A DNA stretch of 64,000 nt, taken from NCBI GenBank assembly GCA_019429005.1, contig JAHYJR010000002.1:1-64000 (forward strand). Reading direction: 5' to 3'. Positions 20,427 through 31,504 of the stretch are shown here, piece by piece. The position numbers were made by a program, and so were the translations under genes. The notes below the pieces were generated by a model, which saw only the letters and a list, made by a program, of their open reading frames with translations, did no database searches and had not been told where the DNA came from. The stretch comes from Nanobdellati archaeon (GTDB taxonomy: Archaea > EX4484-52 > GLR71). Each line of letters starts with the position of its first letter. Position 1 is the stretch's first letter.

Positions 20427-21106
20427 TTATTTCATTAAATTGTTTAAAATATACCTTACAGTTGCATCTACAAGTACATCTATTGTATTGACTTTTGGCA
20501 TATCTTCTTTATCAAGCATGACAGCAAATTCGGTGAATCCAAGTATAACTGTCTGTATACCCATTTTTAAGTATTTATCACAAATCTTTTTAACAGTCAA
20601 AATCGGTTCATTTGGATTAAGGCCTTTATTGAAATTAAAAATTGCATCAGATAACTCAGTAATCTCAATATCATCAGGATTAGATGTTTTTACATTATCA
20701 AAATCATATAATCCAGACCGGATTGTATTTTGGGTTCCGATAAGTAATGTTGAACTGATATTATCATTTTTAAGTTTATTTTTAAGCATCAACCTAAGAC
20801 CCAGTATGGGTGTATTGATATTTTTCTGGAGCATGTCATAATACAAATGAATTGTATTGCATACTATCACGATAATATCAACACCAAATTTATCTAACTG
20901 TTTAAGACCTTCAATATAGGATTATAAATCTTTCAAAGGTATATTCTCATGTATCAATTCGGGCACAGGTATACTATTTATAATTACTTGAGGAAAATTA
21001 GTATTATTTTTAATTATTCCTGTTTTTTGTAATTTACCTATTAATTTATTGTAGAATTCGCCTGTAGCTTCAGGTCCAATACCACCTAAAACGCCAATTT
21101 TAACAT
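20427..21106 (-). pseudogene. Aspartate/glutamate racemase, interrupted
   Basis: KIGVLGGIGPEATGEFY, in-frame TAA at 20922-20924, VCNTIH, second catalytic Cys lost (LGFTE). Confidence 0.85.
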
Positions 21107-21299
21107 TGCCAGGGAGACAAACAAGTATATATAGGACTATCTAAAAGAAAATATTTTTCATTGCGAAAAACAATCACATTCTGGTTTCATAAATAGTATT
21201 TGATTGATTTATTTTTTAAATGTTTGGTTAATATTTTTAAAAATTAAGTAAAAAATGTCTAAGAAAAAGTTATGAGGTAAAAACCTCAAAACAAAAGAA

Positions 21300-21584
21300 T
21301 CAGTCATCAATTTTGATTTTACTGTTTTCTTCTATTGCTTTATCTATATCATTGAAACCTTCTTGTATCTCAATATCTTTTATTTCATCGTTATCATTCT
21401 GATCTTGTGCTGCTTTTGCCTCTTGAGCCTCTTTATTTATATCAACACCTTCATCTCTAAGACCCCTTATATGCATCTCAACTAAGGAGTTTACAATATT
21501 TAGAAGTCGTGAAAGCTCATTTCTTTCTTTTACAAGACAGTCAAGTGCACCTTTATGAAATCCGATTTTTTCATTTTGTTCCAT
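21300..21584 (-). CDS. Small coiled-coil hypothetical protein
   Basis: Clean ORF with GGTGAT RBS; IGFHKGAL..L.KER.EL pattern. Confidence 0.75.
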   Translation of the reverse strand: MEQNEKIGFHKGALDCLVKERNELSRLLNIVNSLVEMHIRGLRDEGVDINKEAQEAKAAQDQNDNDEIKDIEIQEGFNDIDKAIEENSKIKIDD

Positions 21585-21739
21585 TTAATCACCTTTGATT
21601 TACAATAATTATATTTAATTATAATCTTATTTTATTTATCTAAGTATATATAGATTAAGTTTAAAATAAACATTTAATTAATTAATTAATTATTACAAAT
21701 AAATGACAAATTTAAATATATATTCACAAAAATATTGCT

Positions 21740-22264
21740 ATGATTGAGAATTATAAACCAATTGATGTTTTAAGAACACCCTTTTTAGTCAAAGTTTTAA
21801 ATTATCTAGGTAAAGATTTTTTAGAAGTTAAACAAAATTTTAGAAATGCTAATTTTGTCAGTCAAGATGGAATGTCTTCAATTTCTGTTGAACAACCCTA
21901 TTTAAAAGCTATAACAGTTTCTCAAAAAGATCTTAATGTAGGTAGTCTTAATCAGATACTTCTTGACGCAGGTGTTTTAATACAATCAGGTTCTAACATA
22001 AAAAAAACAATTCAAGCATTTATGAAAGTAGAACTATTAAAAACATATGATCCAAAAAAAGATAAAACATATGATTATGTAAATTACGGAGATTGGAATA
22101 TTTCAAATGCAAAAATAGATCAATGGGATGGGGATTGGATATACTTTAACAGTATTAAACGAGATAATGCTAAATTACCAGACAATTTAAAAAACGTAGT
22201 TGATGCTCAAGAAATTTTAAATGATTTGAAAAAATACATTTTATATGAAAATCAAATTGAATAA
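21740..22264 (+). CDS. Hypothetical protein
   Basis: 174-aa ORF with TATA-like element upstream. Confidence 0.65.
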   Translation: MIENYKPIDVLRTPFLVKVLNYLGKDFLEVKQNFRNANFVSQDGMSSISVEQPYLKAITVSQKDLNVGSLNQILLDAGVLIQSGSNIKKTIQAFMKVELLKTYDPKKDKTYDYVNYGDWNISNAKIDQWDGDWIYFNSIKRDNAKLPDNLKNVVDAQEILNDLKKYILYENQIE

Positions 22265-22281
22265 AATGTTAAAAAAAACAT

Positions 22282-23517
22282 TCAACACCTTCTTTTTTTA
22301 ATCATATCTTCAGTTCGTTTTGTGATTTTATAGACAGCATCATTATCACGAACAGCATTATCCATCTTCATACCTATAAGCATTCCTTTTGACGCAGTCT
22401 TAATCTCATTCTCATTTTGCATCAAGGATTTAACATTTTGCATAAGGTAGGTTGTCTTACCTTCAACAAGGATATTATCACCGTTTTCAATATTTCCTGT
22501 TTCAATTTTGATTATACAGGCTTTAGGTTTCCTATAATACTTGATAACTTTTCCAATATATGTCCTTATCTCTTCAGACATATTATCACTATTTTCATAA
22601 TTAAATCCCGAACTTGTAGGCGTCCCAAAATAAAAACCTTCTGAAAAACTTCTATTATATACTTTCTTAAGCTGTTTTAACCAGTTTTCAACCTTTGTTT
22701 CAGTAAATGTTCCAGACATTGCTGAATCTATAGCTTCACGATAGCATTTTGATACAACATTGATATACCTTGAATCTCGAAGACGACCTTCAATCTTAAA
22801 CGAATCAATTCCAGCGTCAATTAGTTCAGGAATATGTTTTATCATACACATATCTTTTGCACTTAATAGATATTTTCCATCACAAACAACTTCATTATTT
22901 TCATTGTCTGTTAATGTCCATGATTTTCTACATGGTTGTATGCACGCACCACAGTTTGCAGATTCATCATAAAGGTATGATGATAAATAGCATCTACCTG
23001 AAATAGATACACACATAGCCCCATGAACAAATGTTTCAATCTCAACATCTGTATTATTCTTAATATCTTTTATCTCTAAAAGAGATAGTTCTCGTGCAAG
23101 AATAAGCCTTTCTGCACCGATATCATGATAAAATTTTGCAGATTCAGTATTTGATATGTTTGCCTGCGTTGAGATATGAAATGGGATCTTTAATTCAGCA
23201 GCTTTCCTTATAATTGCAGGATCCCAAACTATAACTGCATCAATTTTTGATTTTTTAGCACATTTTAGTATTTTTTCAACATTGATAAGATCCTTATCAT
23301 GCACAACTGAATTTACTGTAAGATACGCCTTCAAGTTTCTTTTATGTATTTCAGATACAGTTTCACAAAGATTTTCTAAAATAATCTCTTTTGTTCGAAA
23401 TCGCATGTTAAGTTTATCTAATGAGAAATATACAGCATCTGCATAGTCTTTGCATGCTTCAAGTCCTGATATGTTTCTTATTGGTATTAGAAGTTCAGGC
23501 TTTTTTTGTTCTTTCAT
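22282..23517 (-). CDS. Peptidase U32 family (Fe-S RNA hydroxylase-like)
   Basis: HISTQANI, LAREL, HGAMCVSISGRCYLS, CIQPCR, SFKIEGR. Confidence 0.92.
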   Translation of the reverse strand: MKEQKKPELLIPIRNISGLEACKDYADAVYFSLDKLNMRFRTKEIILENLCETVSEIHKRNLKAYLTVNSVVHDKDLINVEKILKCAKKSKIDAVIVWDPAIIRKAAELKIPFHISTQANISNTESAKFYHDIGAERLILARELSLLEIKDIKNNTDVEIETFVHGAMCVSISGRCYLSSYLYDESANCGACIQPCRKSWTLTDNENNEVVCDGKYLLSAKDMCMIKHIPELIDAGIDSFKIEGRLRDSRYINVVSKCYREAIDSAMSGTFTETKVENWLKQLKKVYNRSFSEGFYFGTPTSSGFNYENSDNMSEEIRTYIGKVIKYYRKPKACIIKIETGNIENGDNILVEGKTTYLMQNVKSLMQNENEIKTASKGMLIGMKMDNAVRDNDAVYKITKRTEDMIKKRRC

Positions 23518-23640
23518 AATTCTATATTAAACATATCTTTTTTAAAAGCTTTTTATTAGATTTTTTAAAATTCAATAAGATAATCTTTTGATTTTATGTT
23601 AAAAAATGATTTAAATATATAACAAATCAATTAAATAATA

Positions 23641-23853
23641 GTGATTGTTATGGATTATTTATTAAATATGAATTATGATGAAATCGATTTTACTGCTAAA
23701 GTAGTCTTATGTGGAATATCAGCTATAATTCCTTTAACAATAGGTTCGGTTTTTAATAAACTTAATATCTATTCTGATAATGTTTTGCCTTCTGAAGAAA
23801 AAGAAGTTAGTTCGGTTTTTAATAAACTTAGTATCTATTCAGAAAACAATTAA
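23641..23853 (+). CDS. Small hypothetical protein with internal 31-bp duplication (23744-23774 / 23810-23840)
   Basis: SVFNKLNIYS / SVFNKLSIYS; may be a remnant. Confidence 0.45.
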   Translation: MIVMDYLLNMNYDEIDFTAKVVLCGISAIIPLTIGSVFNKLNIYSDNVLPSEEKEVSSVFNKLSIYSENN

Positions 23854-23924
23854 CAATCAGAGTTTGAAAGAGAAAAATATTTTGAAAAATTAGATTAAAT
23901 ATTATTTTATAAAAAAATAATTAT

Positions 23925-24683
23925 TTAAAAATAATGTCCAATAAATCCTTTAAATCTGGTTATTAAATCTCTATTGACAGGTTCTTCATTTAGCATTATA
24001 CGTGCTATATTTTTAATAGAATTTGTAGGTTCAGAATACGGTTTATGTTTTACAATAGGTATTCCAAACGCAATAGATTCACGAACTTTTGAATATTCTT
24101 GTATATTACCTATTATTGGTAACTCAAGGAATTTTTCAATATCTTCATTTTTAAGTTCATATTTTTCGTTACGTTTACGGTTTATTACAACACCAATTAC
24201 TTCTTTTCCGTTATCTATAACAAATTTTTTAACAAGTGTAGCATTTGTAACTGCCGGAAGTTCGGGATTTGTTATAATTATTGATTTGTCTGATGCTTGT
24301 ATTGCGGCCCTAACTTCATCATCAGCACCAGCTGCTGCATCTATTAGTATATAATCATAATTTCCAAGCAAATTAAAAATAACAAATTTAAGTTGTGACA
24401 AATCAGTATTTAGACTTGTTAAAGATGCTGGTATAATACTAAATCCGGATGCATTTTTGTATATAGCTTGTGTTATTATAGCATTACCATCAAATACATC
24501 ATTAAGTGATATTGGAACAACTATTGGTACTCCAAGATGTAACCCTAAATTAGCTCCCGTAACATTTCCATCAATGACAAGAACATTTTGTTTCATATCA
24601 GTTAAACTTATAGCAAGATTACTGACAAGTGTGGTCTTACCAACGCCACCTTTACCTGATACGATTGAAATGATTTCTGTCAT
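23925..24683 (-). CDS. minD: MinD/ParA family ATPase (archaeal MinD)
   Basis: SGKGGVGKTT, ANLGLHLG, YILIDAAAG, ITNPELPA, GVVINR. Confidence 0.88.
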   Translation of the reverse strand: MTEIISIVSGKGGVGKTTLVSNLAISLTDMKQNVLVIDGNVTGANLGLHLGVPIVVPISLNDVFDGNAIITQAIYKNASGFSIIPASLTSLNTDLSQLKFVIFNLLGNYDYILIDAAAGADDEVRAAIQASDKSIIITNPELPAVTNATLVKKFVIDNGKEVIGVVINRKRNEKYELKNEDIEKFLELPIIGNIQEYSKVRESIAFGIPIVKHKPYSEPTNSIKNIARIMLNEEPVNRDLITRFKGFIGHYF

Positions 24684-24723
24684 AGAATTAATTAATGTTT
24701 GATTTTTATATATCTTTTAAGAT

Positions 24724-25410
24724 TTATTTTTTATTTGCCTTGTCATAATCTTCAATACGGCCTATATCAAGCCAATAATCATTGAAAGGATATCCATAAA
24801 AGCCTTTATTTGCTTCAAGAATTTTGGGTATTATATGATCTGTAAGGTTAAGCGGCCCTTCAAATGTATCTGGAAAAAAATCAAATATTTCTGGTTCAAG
24901 ACAAAATATCATAGTTCCTCCAAGGTACTTAAATCGTGGTTTTTCTAAAAATTTTTCAACTTTTCCAGTATTATCAAGATTATAGACACCCCATTCAACA
25001 GGCTGTTCAAATTCAAAAAGAGCTACTGTACCCACACCTTTTTTTTCATTATGATACTCAATAAATTTATTAAGGTCTAGGTTTGTTATGTTGTCACCAC
25101 CCATCAAAATAAATGTTTCGTTAAGGGTGTCCTTTATTTTTGAAAGACAGCCAGCAGTCCCAAGGGGAGTATCTTCTGTTATATATTTTATATTTACTCC
25201 AAGGTCACTACCATCATCAAAATAATTTTTGATTTGGTATCCAAGATAACCTAAAGATATAGTTATATCTGTAATATCATATTTTTTTAAGTACAATATT
25301 ATATGCTCAAGAATAGGCCTCTCATTTATAGGAAGAAGTGGTTTTGGTATAGCATAAGTTAAAGGTCTAAGTCTTTTACCTTTACCACCTGCAAGAATTA
25401 CAGCTTTCAT
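24724..25410 (-). CDS. Sugar-phosphate nucleotidyltransferase
   Basis: ILAGGKGKRLRPLT..PKPL, E.TPLGTAG, WLDIG. Confidence 0.92.
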   Translation of the reverse strand: MKAVILAGGKGKRLRPLTYAIPKPLLPINERPILEHIILYLKKYDITDITISLGYLGYQIKNYFDDGSDLGVNIKYITEDTPLGTAGCLSKIKDTLNETFILMGGDNITNLDLNKFIEYHNEKKGVGTVALFEFEQPVEWGVYNLDNTGKVEKFLEKPRFKYLGGTMIFCLEPEIFDFFPDTFEGPLNLTDHIIPKILEANKGFYGYPFNDYWLDIGRIEDYDKANKK

Positions 25411-25561
25411 ATTTATCAACTATATTAACTATTTATTAGTTTTGATATTTATATTTATGGATATGTTTTTTATAAAAATTAATTGATATAATCTATTAAT
25501 TGTTAAACTGTTATCTATTTTTTAAAAACATATATAAAGCTTTTTTTTAATAGTTGATGTT

Positions 25562-27232
25562 ATGAGTTCTGAATTAAGTCTACTTCAAAGCAATATTGCT
25601 GTTAAAAAAATTATTGAACCTCAATTTGATATTTCTTCTGAAGAACATATTGAACCTCAATTTGATATTTCTTCTGAAGAACGTCTTAAAATGATTCTAA
25701 ATAATTATGATAATTTTTTAGGTGAAAATATAGATTTTATCAGAGCTTTAATTGATGAAACAACAATGTTTTTAGATTCAGATAATCAAAGTATCTTACC
25801 TTATGCTGTAAATTTATATGATTATTTTCAAACGTATATAGATAATCTTTTTGAATCTGATGATAATATTTTTAGTGATCGTAAAAATAGTATCGGAATA
25901 AAATCTTTTTTATATTTCAATGCTGGAGTTATTGCAAAAAAACTATTTGAGCACACCCAAGATCTTTCTTGGGCTGAAAAAGGCTATATAGATAGTTTAA
26001 CATCTGGTAATTTAAGTTTAAGTCTTAATCCTAAACATACATCTCGTGCTTTTAGTTATGCTGGGTCATTTTCAAAATTGTTGTATGAAGGGACAGAAGA
26101 TATTAAGTGTTTAGAGGAATGGTACAATAATGATCTAAAATCGGGTGATTTATGTTTTGAAATTGAGCCGATATATGCATATAATTCTTATGTTGGTGCT
26201 AGTTTAGCTGCAAAAATTTTATATGAAAAAACAGATGATATTGATTGGCTTAAAGCGAGGTATAATCTTAATGAAAAATCTGGAGATTTATGTTTTAATG
26301 TTGATCCTAAACTAGCATATTATGCTTATGGTTTTGCTGGTAAAACTGCAGAACTTTTATATGAAAAAACGGGTTATATTAAATATCTTGAAGCATGGTA
26401 TGAAAATAATGTGAAATCTAGTTATTTAAGTTCAGATTGTGATCCAGAATACGCATATCACGCTTATAGTTATGTTGCTGAGTCTACAAAATTATTGTAT
26501 GATGAAACAAATAATCTTGATTGGCTTATAATATCTTTTAATAATAATATTAAATCTAATGATTTAAGTCTCGAACTTAATAAAGAACATGCATATAACT
26601 CTATACGTTATGCTGTAACTAGTGCAAAAACAATATTTGACAAAACAAATAATCTTGATTGGGCTAAATTGTTATATGAGACTCAGCTTAAATCTGCAAA
26701 GTTAAGTTTAGATATCAATCTTGAAAACGCATTTCATATATATAATTCTGCAGCTGATACTGCAAAGATTTTATTTGAAGAGACAGAAGATATAAACTGG
26801 TTAAAAGCACGATTTGATAATATTATTACATCTTCTAAATTACGTAGTGATATAAATAAGATTGAAGCTATTAAAGCGTTTAGTTATGTTGCAAACCAGT
26901 CTAAAATGCTATTTGAAGAAACAGGTGATCTTTATTGGGCAAAAAGTTGGTATGATAATGATCTATCTTCTGCAGAATTAAATAGTGATATTGATGTAAA
27001 AAAGGCTTCATATTCTAGAGGTTACGTTGCTGATGCTGCAAAAGTTTTGTATGAAATAACAAAGGATAAAAAATGGGCTGAAGAAGGTATAATTAATTAT
27101 GATATTTTTATAAATTATATTGAATTAGATCCTTATAGTTCCTATAATTTAATTCGAAAAATGAACGGGCGAAAAGAGTATTTAAAAAGTAAATTAAACT
27201 TAATTGAATCAAATATTATTATTAAAATATAA
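25562..27232 (+). CDS. Alpha-helical repeat protein (about 48-aa repeats)
   Basis: Recurring AYSY.A..AK.LYE.T.DI.WL...Y....KS..L units; 36-bp tandem duplication at 25612-25682. Confidence 0.75.
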   Translation: MSSELSLLQSNIAVKKIIEPQFDISSEEHIEPQFDISSEERLKMILNNYDNFLGENIDFIRALIDETTMFLDSDNQSILPYAVNLYDYFQTYIDNLFESDDNIFSDRKNSIGIKSFLYFNAGVIAKKLFEHTQDLSWAEKGYIDSLTSGNLSLSLNPKHTSRAFSYAGSFSKLLYEGTEDIKCLEEWYNNDLKSGDLCFEIEPIYAYNSYVGASLAAKILYEKTDDIDWLKARYNLNEKSGDLCFNVDPKLAYYAYGFAGKTAELLYEKTGYIKYLEAWYENNVKSSYLSSDCDPEYAYHAYSYVAESTKLLYDETNNLDWLIISFNNNIKSNDLSLELNKEHAYNSIRYAVTSAKTIFDKTNNLDWAKLLYETQLKSAKLSLDINLENAFHIYNSAADTAKILFEETEDINWLKARFDNIITSSKLRSDINKIEAIKAFSYVANQSKMLFEETGDLYWAKSWYDNDLSSAELNSDIDVKKASYSRGYVADAAKVLYEITKDKKWAEEGIINYDIFINYIELDPYSSYNLIRKMNGRKEYLKSKLNLIESNIIIKI

Positions 27233-27240
27233 TTAAATTT

Positions 27241-27376
27241 ATTCTTCTTTTAAAAATATTCTTCTTTTAAAAATATTCTTCTTTTAAAAATATTCTTCTT
27301 TTAAAAATATTCTTCTTTTAAAAAGATTCTTCTTTTAAAAATATTCTTCTTTTAAAAATATTATTCTTTTAAAATT
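27241..27376 (+). repeat. 17-bp tandem repeat, 8 copies
   Basis: ATTCTTCTTTTAAAAAT repeated without spacers; copies 5 and 8 vary. Confidence 0.95.
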
Positions 27377-27395
27377 ATTAATCTAATATACATCT

Positions 27396-28547
27396 ATGTT
27401 TGAAACAAATCTCAAGATTGCAATAATTGGTTGGGGATTTCCACCCAAGATTGAAGGTGGTCTTGATATACATGTATATGAAACGGCTATTAGATTTGCT
27501 AAATTAGGGTATGTAATACATCTTTTTTTACCTGATTTTAATTGTCCTAAATATAAAAATCAAAAATTACCACAAAATCTTGTAATACATCCAATAATGA
27601 TAAATCCAAAAATTACAGATATAAATATTCTGATAAAAACAGTTGAACAATATAATCTAAAAATTATTTCTGAACTTAAAAATTTAGATTTTGATATGAT
27701 ACATACCCATGATTGGTTTGGTGTAGATTCGGGTGTTTGGGTCAAAAACAATCTAAAAAAACCATGGATTACAACATTTCATTCTCTTGAATATATGCGC
27801 TCCACCATACAAGATGATTCAAGTCTAATTTCACTTTTCGAGAAAAAAGCTATAGCGACTAGTGATGTTTTAATAACTGTAAGTAATTTTATGGTGTCTG
27901 AGATAAAAACATTTTACAATATTAAAAAACAAATGTTTGTAGTATATAATTCAGGTAGTATAAATCAAGATGATTACAAAAAAACATTTGAGAAAAAAGA
28001 TACAAATACAAAAAATATATTATATATTGGGCGTCTTGCATCACAGAAAGGTATAGAATACTTTTTAACAGCAATAAAAGAAGTTATAAAAACAGAAAAA
28101 TGTGTAAAGTGTATCATTGTAGGTAGTGGTTATATGTCTGAAAGCCTTAAGAAACATGCAAAAAATTTAGGTATTGAAAATAATGTATTTTTTGAAGGTT
28201 TTGTTAAATCCGAAACACTTTCAGATTATTATCAAAATGCAGACATTTTCATATCACCTTCAATCTATGAACCTTTTGGTATAACTATTGTTGATGCAAT
28301 GCGTATTGGTATACCTGTTATTGCTACAGATAAAACAGGTGCTGTTGAATCTTTAATTAATGGTAAAGATTATATTAAAGTAAAAACTAGAAGTTCTGAT
28401 GAAATTTCAAGTGCAATAACCCGACTTTTATCTGATGATATCTTAAGAAAATCAATTGGTTCTAATGGTAAAAAAGCAGTTGAAATGTATAGTTGGGACA
28501 AATGTGCTAAAGAATTGTCTGATATATATCATTCAACAAATTATTGA
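27396..28547 (+). CDS. GT4 glycosyltransferase
   Basis: GGLDIHV, HTHDW, GRLASQKG, PSIYEPFGI. Confidence 0.92.
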   Translation: MFETNLKIAIIGWGFPPKIEGGLDIHVYETAIRFAKLGYVIHLFLPDFNCPKYKNQKLPQNLVIHPIMINPKITDINILIKTVEQYNLKIISELKNLDFDMIHTHDWFGVDSGVWVKNNLKKPWITTFHSLEYMRSTIQDDSSLISLFEKKAIATSDVLITVSNFMVSEIKTFYNIKKQMFVVYNSGSINQDDYKKTFEKKDTNTKNILYIGRLASQKGIEYFLTAIKEVIKTEKCVKCIIVGSGYMSESLKKHAKNLGIENNVFFEGFVKSETLSDYYQNADIFISPSIYEPFGITIVDAMRIGIPVIATDKTGAVESLINGKDYIKVKTRSSDEISSAITRLLSDDILRKSIGSNGKKAVEMYSWDKCAKELSDIYHSTNY

Positions 28548-28560
28548 ATAAAAATTAAGA

Positions 28561-28758
28561 TTATCCCTTCCAATTTAAACTTTGTATGATTCGTTTTGCA
28601 TCAATCTCATCTTTTGCATGCCATACTTGCCTTTTTCTTAGAACTAAAGAAATCGTGTGTGTCTTTCCGCAATTTGTGCATTTTGATGTTTTTGATCCAA
28701 CAATATAACCTTTAGCTCTCCTGCATTTGTCACATATGAAGACATTAACTTTGACCAT
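28561..28758 (-). CDS. Small Zn-ribbon protein (DUF1922-like)
   Basis: CDKC...CTNCG. Confidence 0.65.
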   Translation of the reverse strand: MVKVNVFICDKCRRAKGYIVGSKTSKCTNCGKTHTISLVLRKRQVWHAKDEIDAKRIIQSLNWKG

Positions 28759-28859
28759 GAGATTATTTGTAGTGTTTAGAATAAATATATTAAATATAGT
28801 AATGATAAGACAATTAGACTTAAATCTAGTTTATTAAAAAATAAAAAAAGGAAAGATGC

Positions 28860-31304
28860 TTAATTGCATCTTCCAAGTGCTTGTTCTTTCTCAAATATCT
28901 TGATTCTTGTCTTAATGATTGTATCAGGGTTAAGTGATATGGAATCAATACCTTCCTCAACAAGGAATTCAGCAAAGTCTGGGAAATCACTAGGTGCCTG
29001 TCCACAGATACCAATCTTCTTGCCTCTTTCCTTTGCAGTTTTTATAACAGAACGTATAAGTCTTTTAACAGCCTCATTCCTTTCATCATATATATGTGCT
29101 ACAAGGTTAGAATCTCTGTCAAGACCAAGCGTAAGCTGTGTTAAGTCATTTGAACCGATTGAAAATCCATCAAAGATATCACAGAACTGATCTGCCAATA
29201 TAACATTAGCTGGAATCTCACACATAACATAGAGTTCAAGACCTTTATCCCCTTTAACAACACCGTTTTCAGCTAAGATTTCAATAACTTTATTTCCTTC
29301 TTCAACAGTCCTACAGAACGGAACCATGATTTTCACATTCACAAGTCCAAATTCATTTCTAACTTTCTTTATAGCTTCTGCTTCTAATAAAAATGCTTCT
29401 TTGTATTTGTCATCATAGTATCTTGAAGCACCTCGCCATCCAATCATAGGATTGTCTTCAACAGGTTCGAAAAGTTTACCGCCTATTAAATTAGCATATT
29501 CATTGCTTTTGAAATCAGAAAGTCTAACAATTGCAGGCTTTGGATAGAATGCAGCAGCAATCATACCGATACCTTGAGCGAGTTTATCAATATAGAATTG
29601 CCTCTTATCTGCATAACCAACAGTAATCTCATCAATTTGTTTTATCACTTCAGCATTTTTAGGATCCTTTTTGATTTCATTGTATTTGATTAATGCAAGT
29701 GGATGTATCTTAATATGTGAATTTATAATAAATTCTTCTCTTGCAAGACCAACACCATCATTAGGTACCATTGATTGTTCAAATGCCTGTTCTGGTGTCC
29801 CAATATTTGTCATAATCAATGTTTTTGTCCTTGGCACACTTTCTAGATTAACCTCTTCAACATCAAATTTGAGTTTTCCATCATAAACGATACCGCTTGA
29901 ACCTGAAGCACATGAAACTGTAAGCACTTTTCCACTTTTAATCTTTTCAGTTGCATCTCCACAACCTACAACGCAAGGTATTCCAAGTTCTCTTGATATT
30001 ATAGCTGCATGACATGTTCTACCACCACGATTTGTTACAATTGCAGATGCAATCTTCATTATAGGTTCCCAATCAGGATCAGTCATATCTGTTACAAGAA
30101 CCTCACCTTTCTTGAATTTACCAATATCATGGACATCTTTTATGACGTTTGCAATTCCAGAACCAATTTTTGCACCTATACTTTCACCTTCAGTTATAAC
30201 TGCAGATGTTTCTTTCAATACATAAGTCTGTAAGATATTATGGTTTTTCTGTGAATGTACAGTTTCAGGTCTTGCCTGAACAATGAATAAATCACCAGTT
30301 TCACCGTCTTTTGCCCATTCCATATCCATTGGTTTAAAATGACCTGCTTTTTCAGAATAATGATCTTCAATAGTACAAGCCCATTTTGCAAGAGTCAATA
30401 TTTCATCTTCACTAATTGCAAATTGTCTCTGATCTTCAAGAGTTACAGGAATATTTTTTGTAGGATGTGCACTATCTTTTGTATAAACCATTTTTATCAT
30501 TTTAGAACCTATACTTTTCTTGATTATAGGTTTTTTGCCTTCTTTTAATGTTGGTTTAAATACATAATACTCATCAGGATTTACTGCACCTTGTACAACA
30601 TTTTCACCAAGACCATATGCAGCTGTTATAAATACAACATTTTCAAAACCACTTTCAGTATCAATTGAGAACATTACACCAGATGTAGCTTTATCACTTC
30701 GTACCATTTTCTGTACGCCAATTGAAAGACCAATTGAGAAATGATCAAAATCTTTATCAACTCGGTATGAAATTGCTCTGTTTGTGAAAAGTGATGCAAA
30801 ACATTTTTTACATGCAATTATAAGTTCTTCAGGACCTCTTATATTCAAAAAAGTTTCTTGTTGTCCAGCAAAACTAGCATCAGGAAGATCTTCAGCTGTT
30901 GCAGAACTTCTTACAGCGACATCAGTTTCATCTGTACCATAATGTTTGCAAAGACTAGTATAGGATTCAATTATTTCTTTCTTAAGATCTTCTGGAATCT
31001 CAGCCTTTAGAATTGTATCTCTGACTTTTTTACCACGAACCATAAGGTTTTCCATATCAGTTGTATTAAGATCAGATAAAATTTCTTTTATTTTATCTTT
31101 AATTCCTGCTTTTTCTAATATGTAATGATATGCTTTAGCAGTTATAGCAAACCCGTTAGGTATTTTTACACCTTTATCAGTAAGATTTCTATACATCTCA
31201 CCAAGAGAAGCATTCTTCCCACCTACAAATGGTACATCTTCGATACCAAGTTGGTCAAACCATAATATTAACTTATCATTTTTGTCGTCTGTAATTTTTA
31301 TCAA
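28860..31304 (-). CDS. ppsA: Phosphoenolpyruvate synthase
   Basis: VGGKNASLGE, RSSATAEDL, SFAGQQET, GGRTCHAAI, SIGSNDLTQ, GICGQ; start TTG 31304 or ATT 31295. Confidence 0.97.
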   Translation of the reverse strand: MIKITDDKNDKLILWFDQLGIEDVPFVGGKNASLGEMYRNLTDKGVKIPNGFAITAKAYHYILEKAGIKDKIKEILSDLNTTDMENLMVRGKKVRDTILKAEIPEDLKKEIIESYTSLCKHYGTDETDVAVRSSATAEDLPDASFAGQQETFLNIRGPEELIIACKKCFASLFTNRAISYRVDKDFDHFSIGLSIGVQKMVRSDKATSGVMFSIDTESGFENVVFITAAYGLGENVVQGAVNPDEYYVFKPTLKEGKKPIIKKSIGSKMIKMVYTKDSAHPTKNIPVTLEDQRQFAISEDEILTLAKWACTIEDHYSEKAGHFKPMDMEWAKDGETGDLFIVQARPETVHSQKNHNILQTYVLKETSAVITEGESIGAKIGSGIANVIKDVHDIGKFKKGEVLVTDMTDPDWEPIMKIASAIVTNRGGRTCHAAIISRELGIPCVVGCGDATEKIKSGKVLTVSCASGSSGIVYDGKLKFDVEEVNLESVPRTKTLIMTNIGTPEQAFEQSMVPNDGVGLAREEFIINSHIKIHPLALIKYNEIKKDPKNAEVIKQIDEITVGYADKRQFYIDKLAQGIGMIAAAFYPKPAIVRLSDFKSNEYANLIGGKLFEPVEDNPMIGWRGASRYYDDKYKEAFLLEAEAIKKVRNEFGLVNVKIMVPFCRTVEEGNKVIEILAENGVVKGDKGLELYVMCEIPANVILADQFCDIFDGFSIGSNDLTQLTLGLDRDSNLVAHIYDERNEAVKRLIRSVIKTAKERGKKIGICGQAPSDFPDFAEFLVEEGIDSISLNPDTIIKTRIKIFEKEQALGRCN

Positions 31305-31504
31305 CCTTAAAGAATATATTTTAACAGAGCTTATTATCTGTTATTATTAATTGAATATGGTCCATATAAATAGTTTTATTGTAACTGTTTTTATTCAACA
31401 GTGATGATTTTAAGAATATTTTAATTAATCTATATTAAGATATGTTAGATATGAAACTAATTAAAAAATAAGAATAAATAATTATAAAATCAAAGAATAA
31501 AATA

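Noticed and set aside
27241-27376. CRISPR array (also considered for 12463-12530)
   Set aside because: Units are contiguous with no unique spacers, too short, and no cas genes are present
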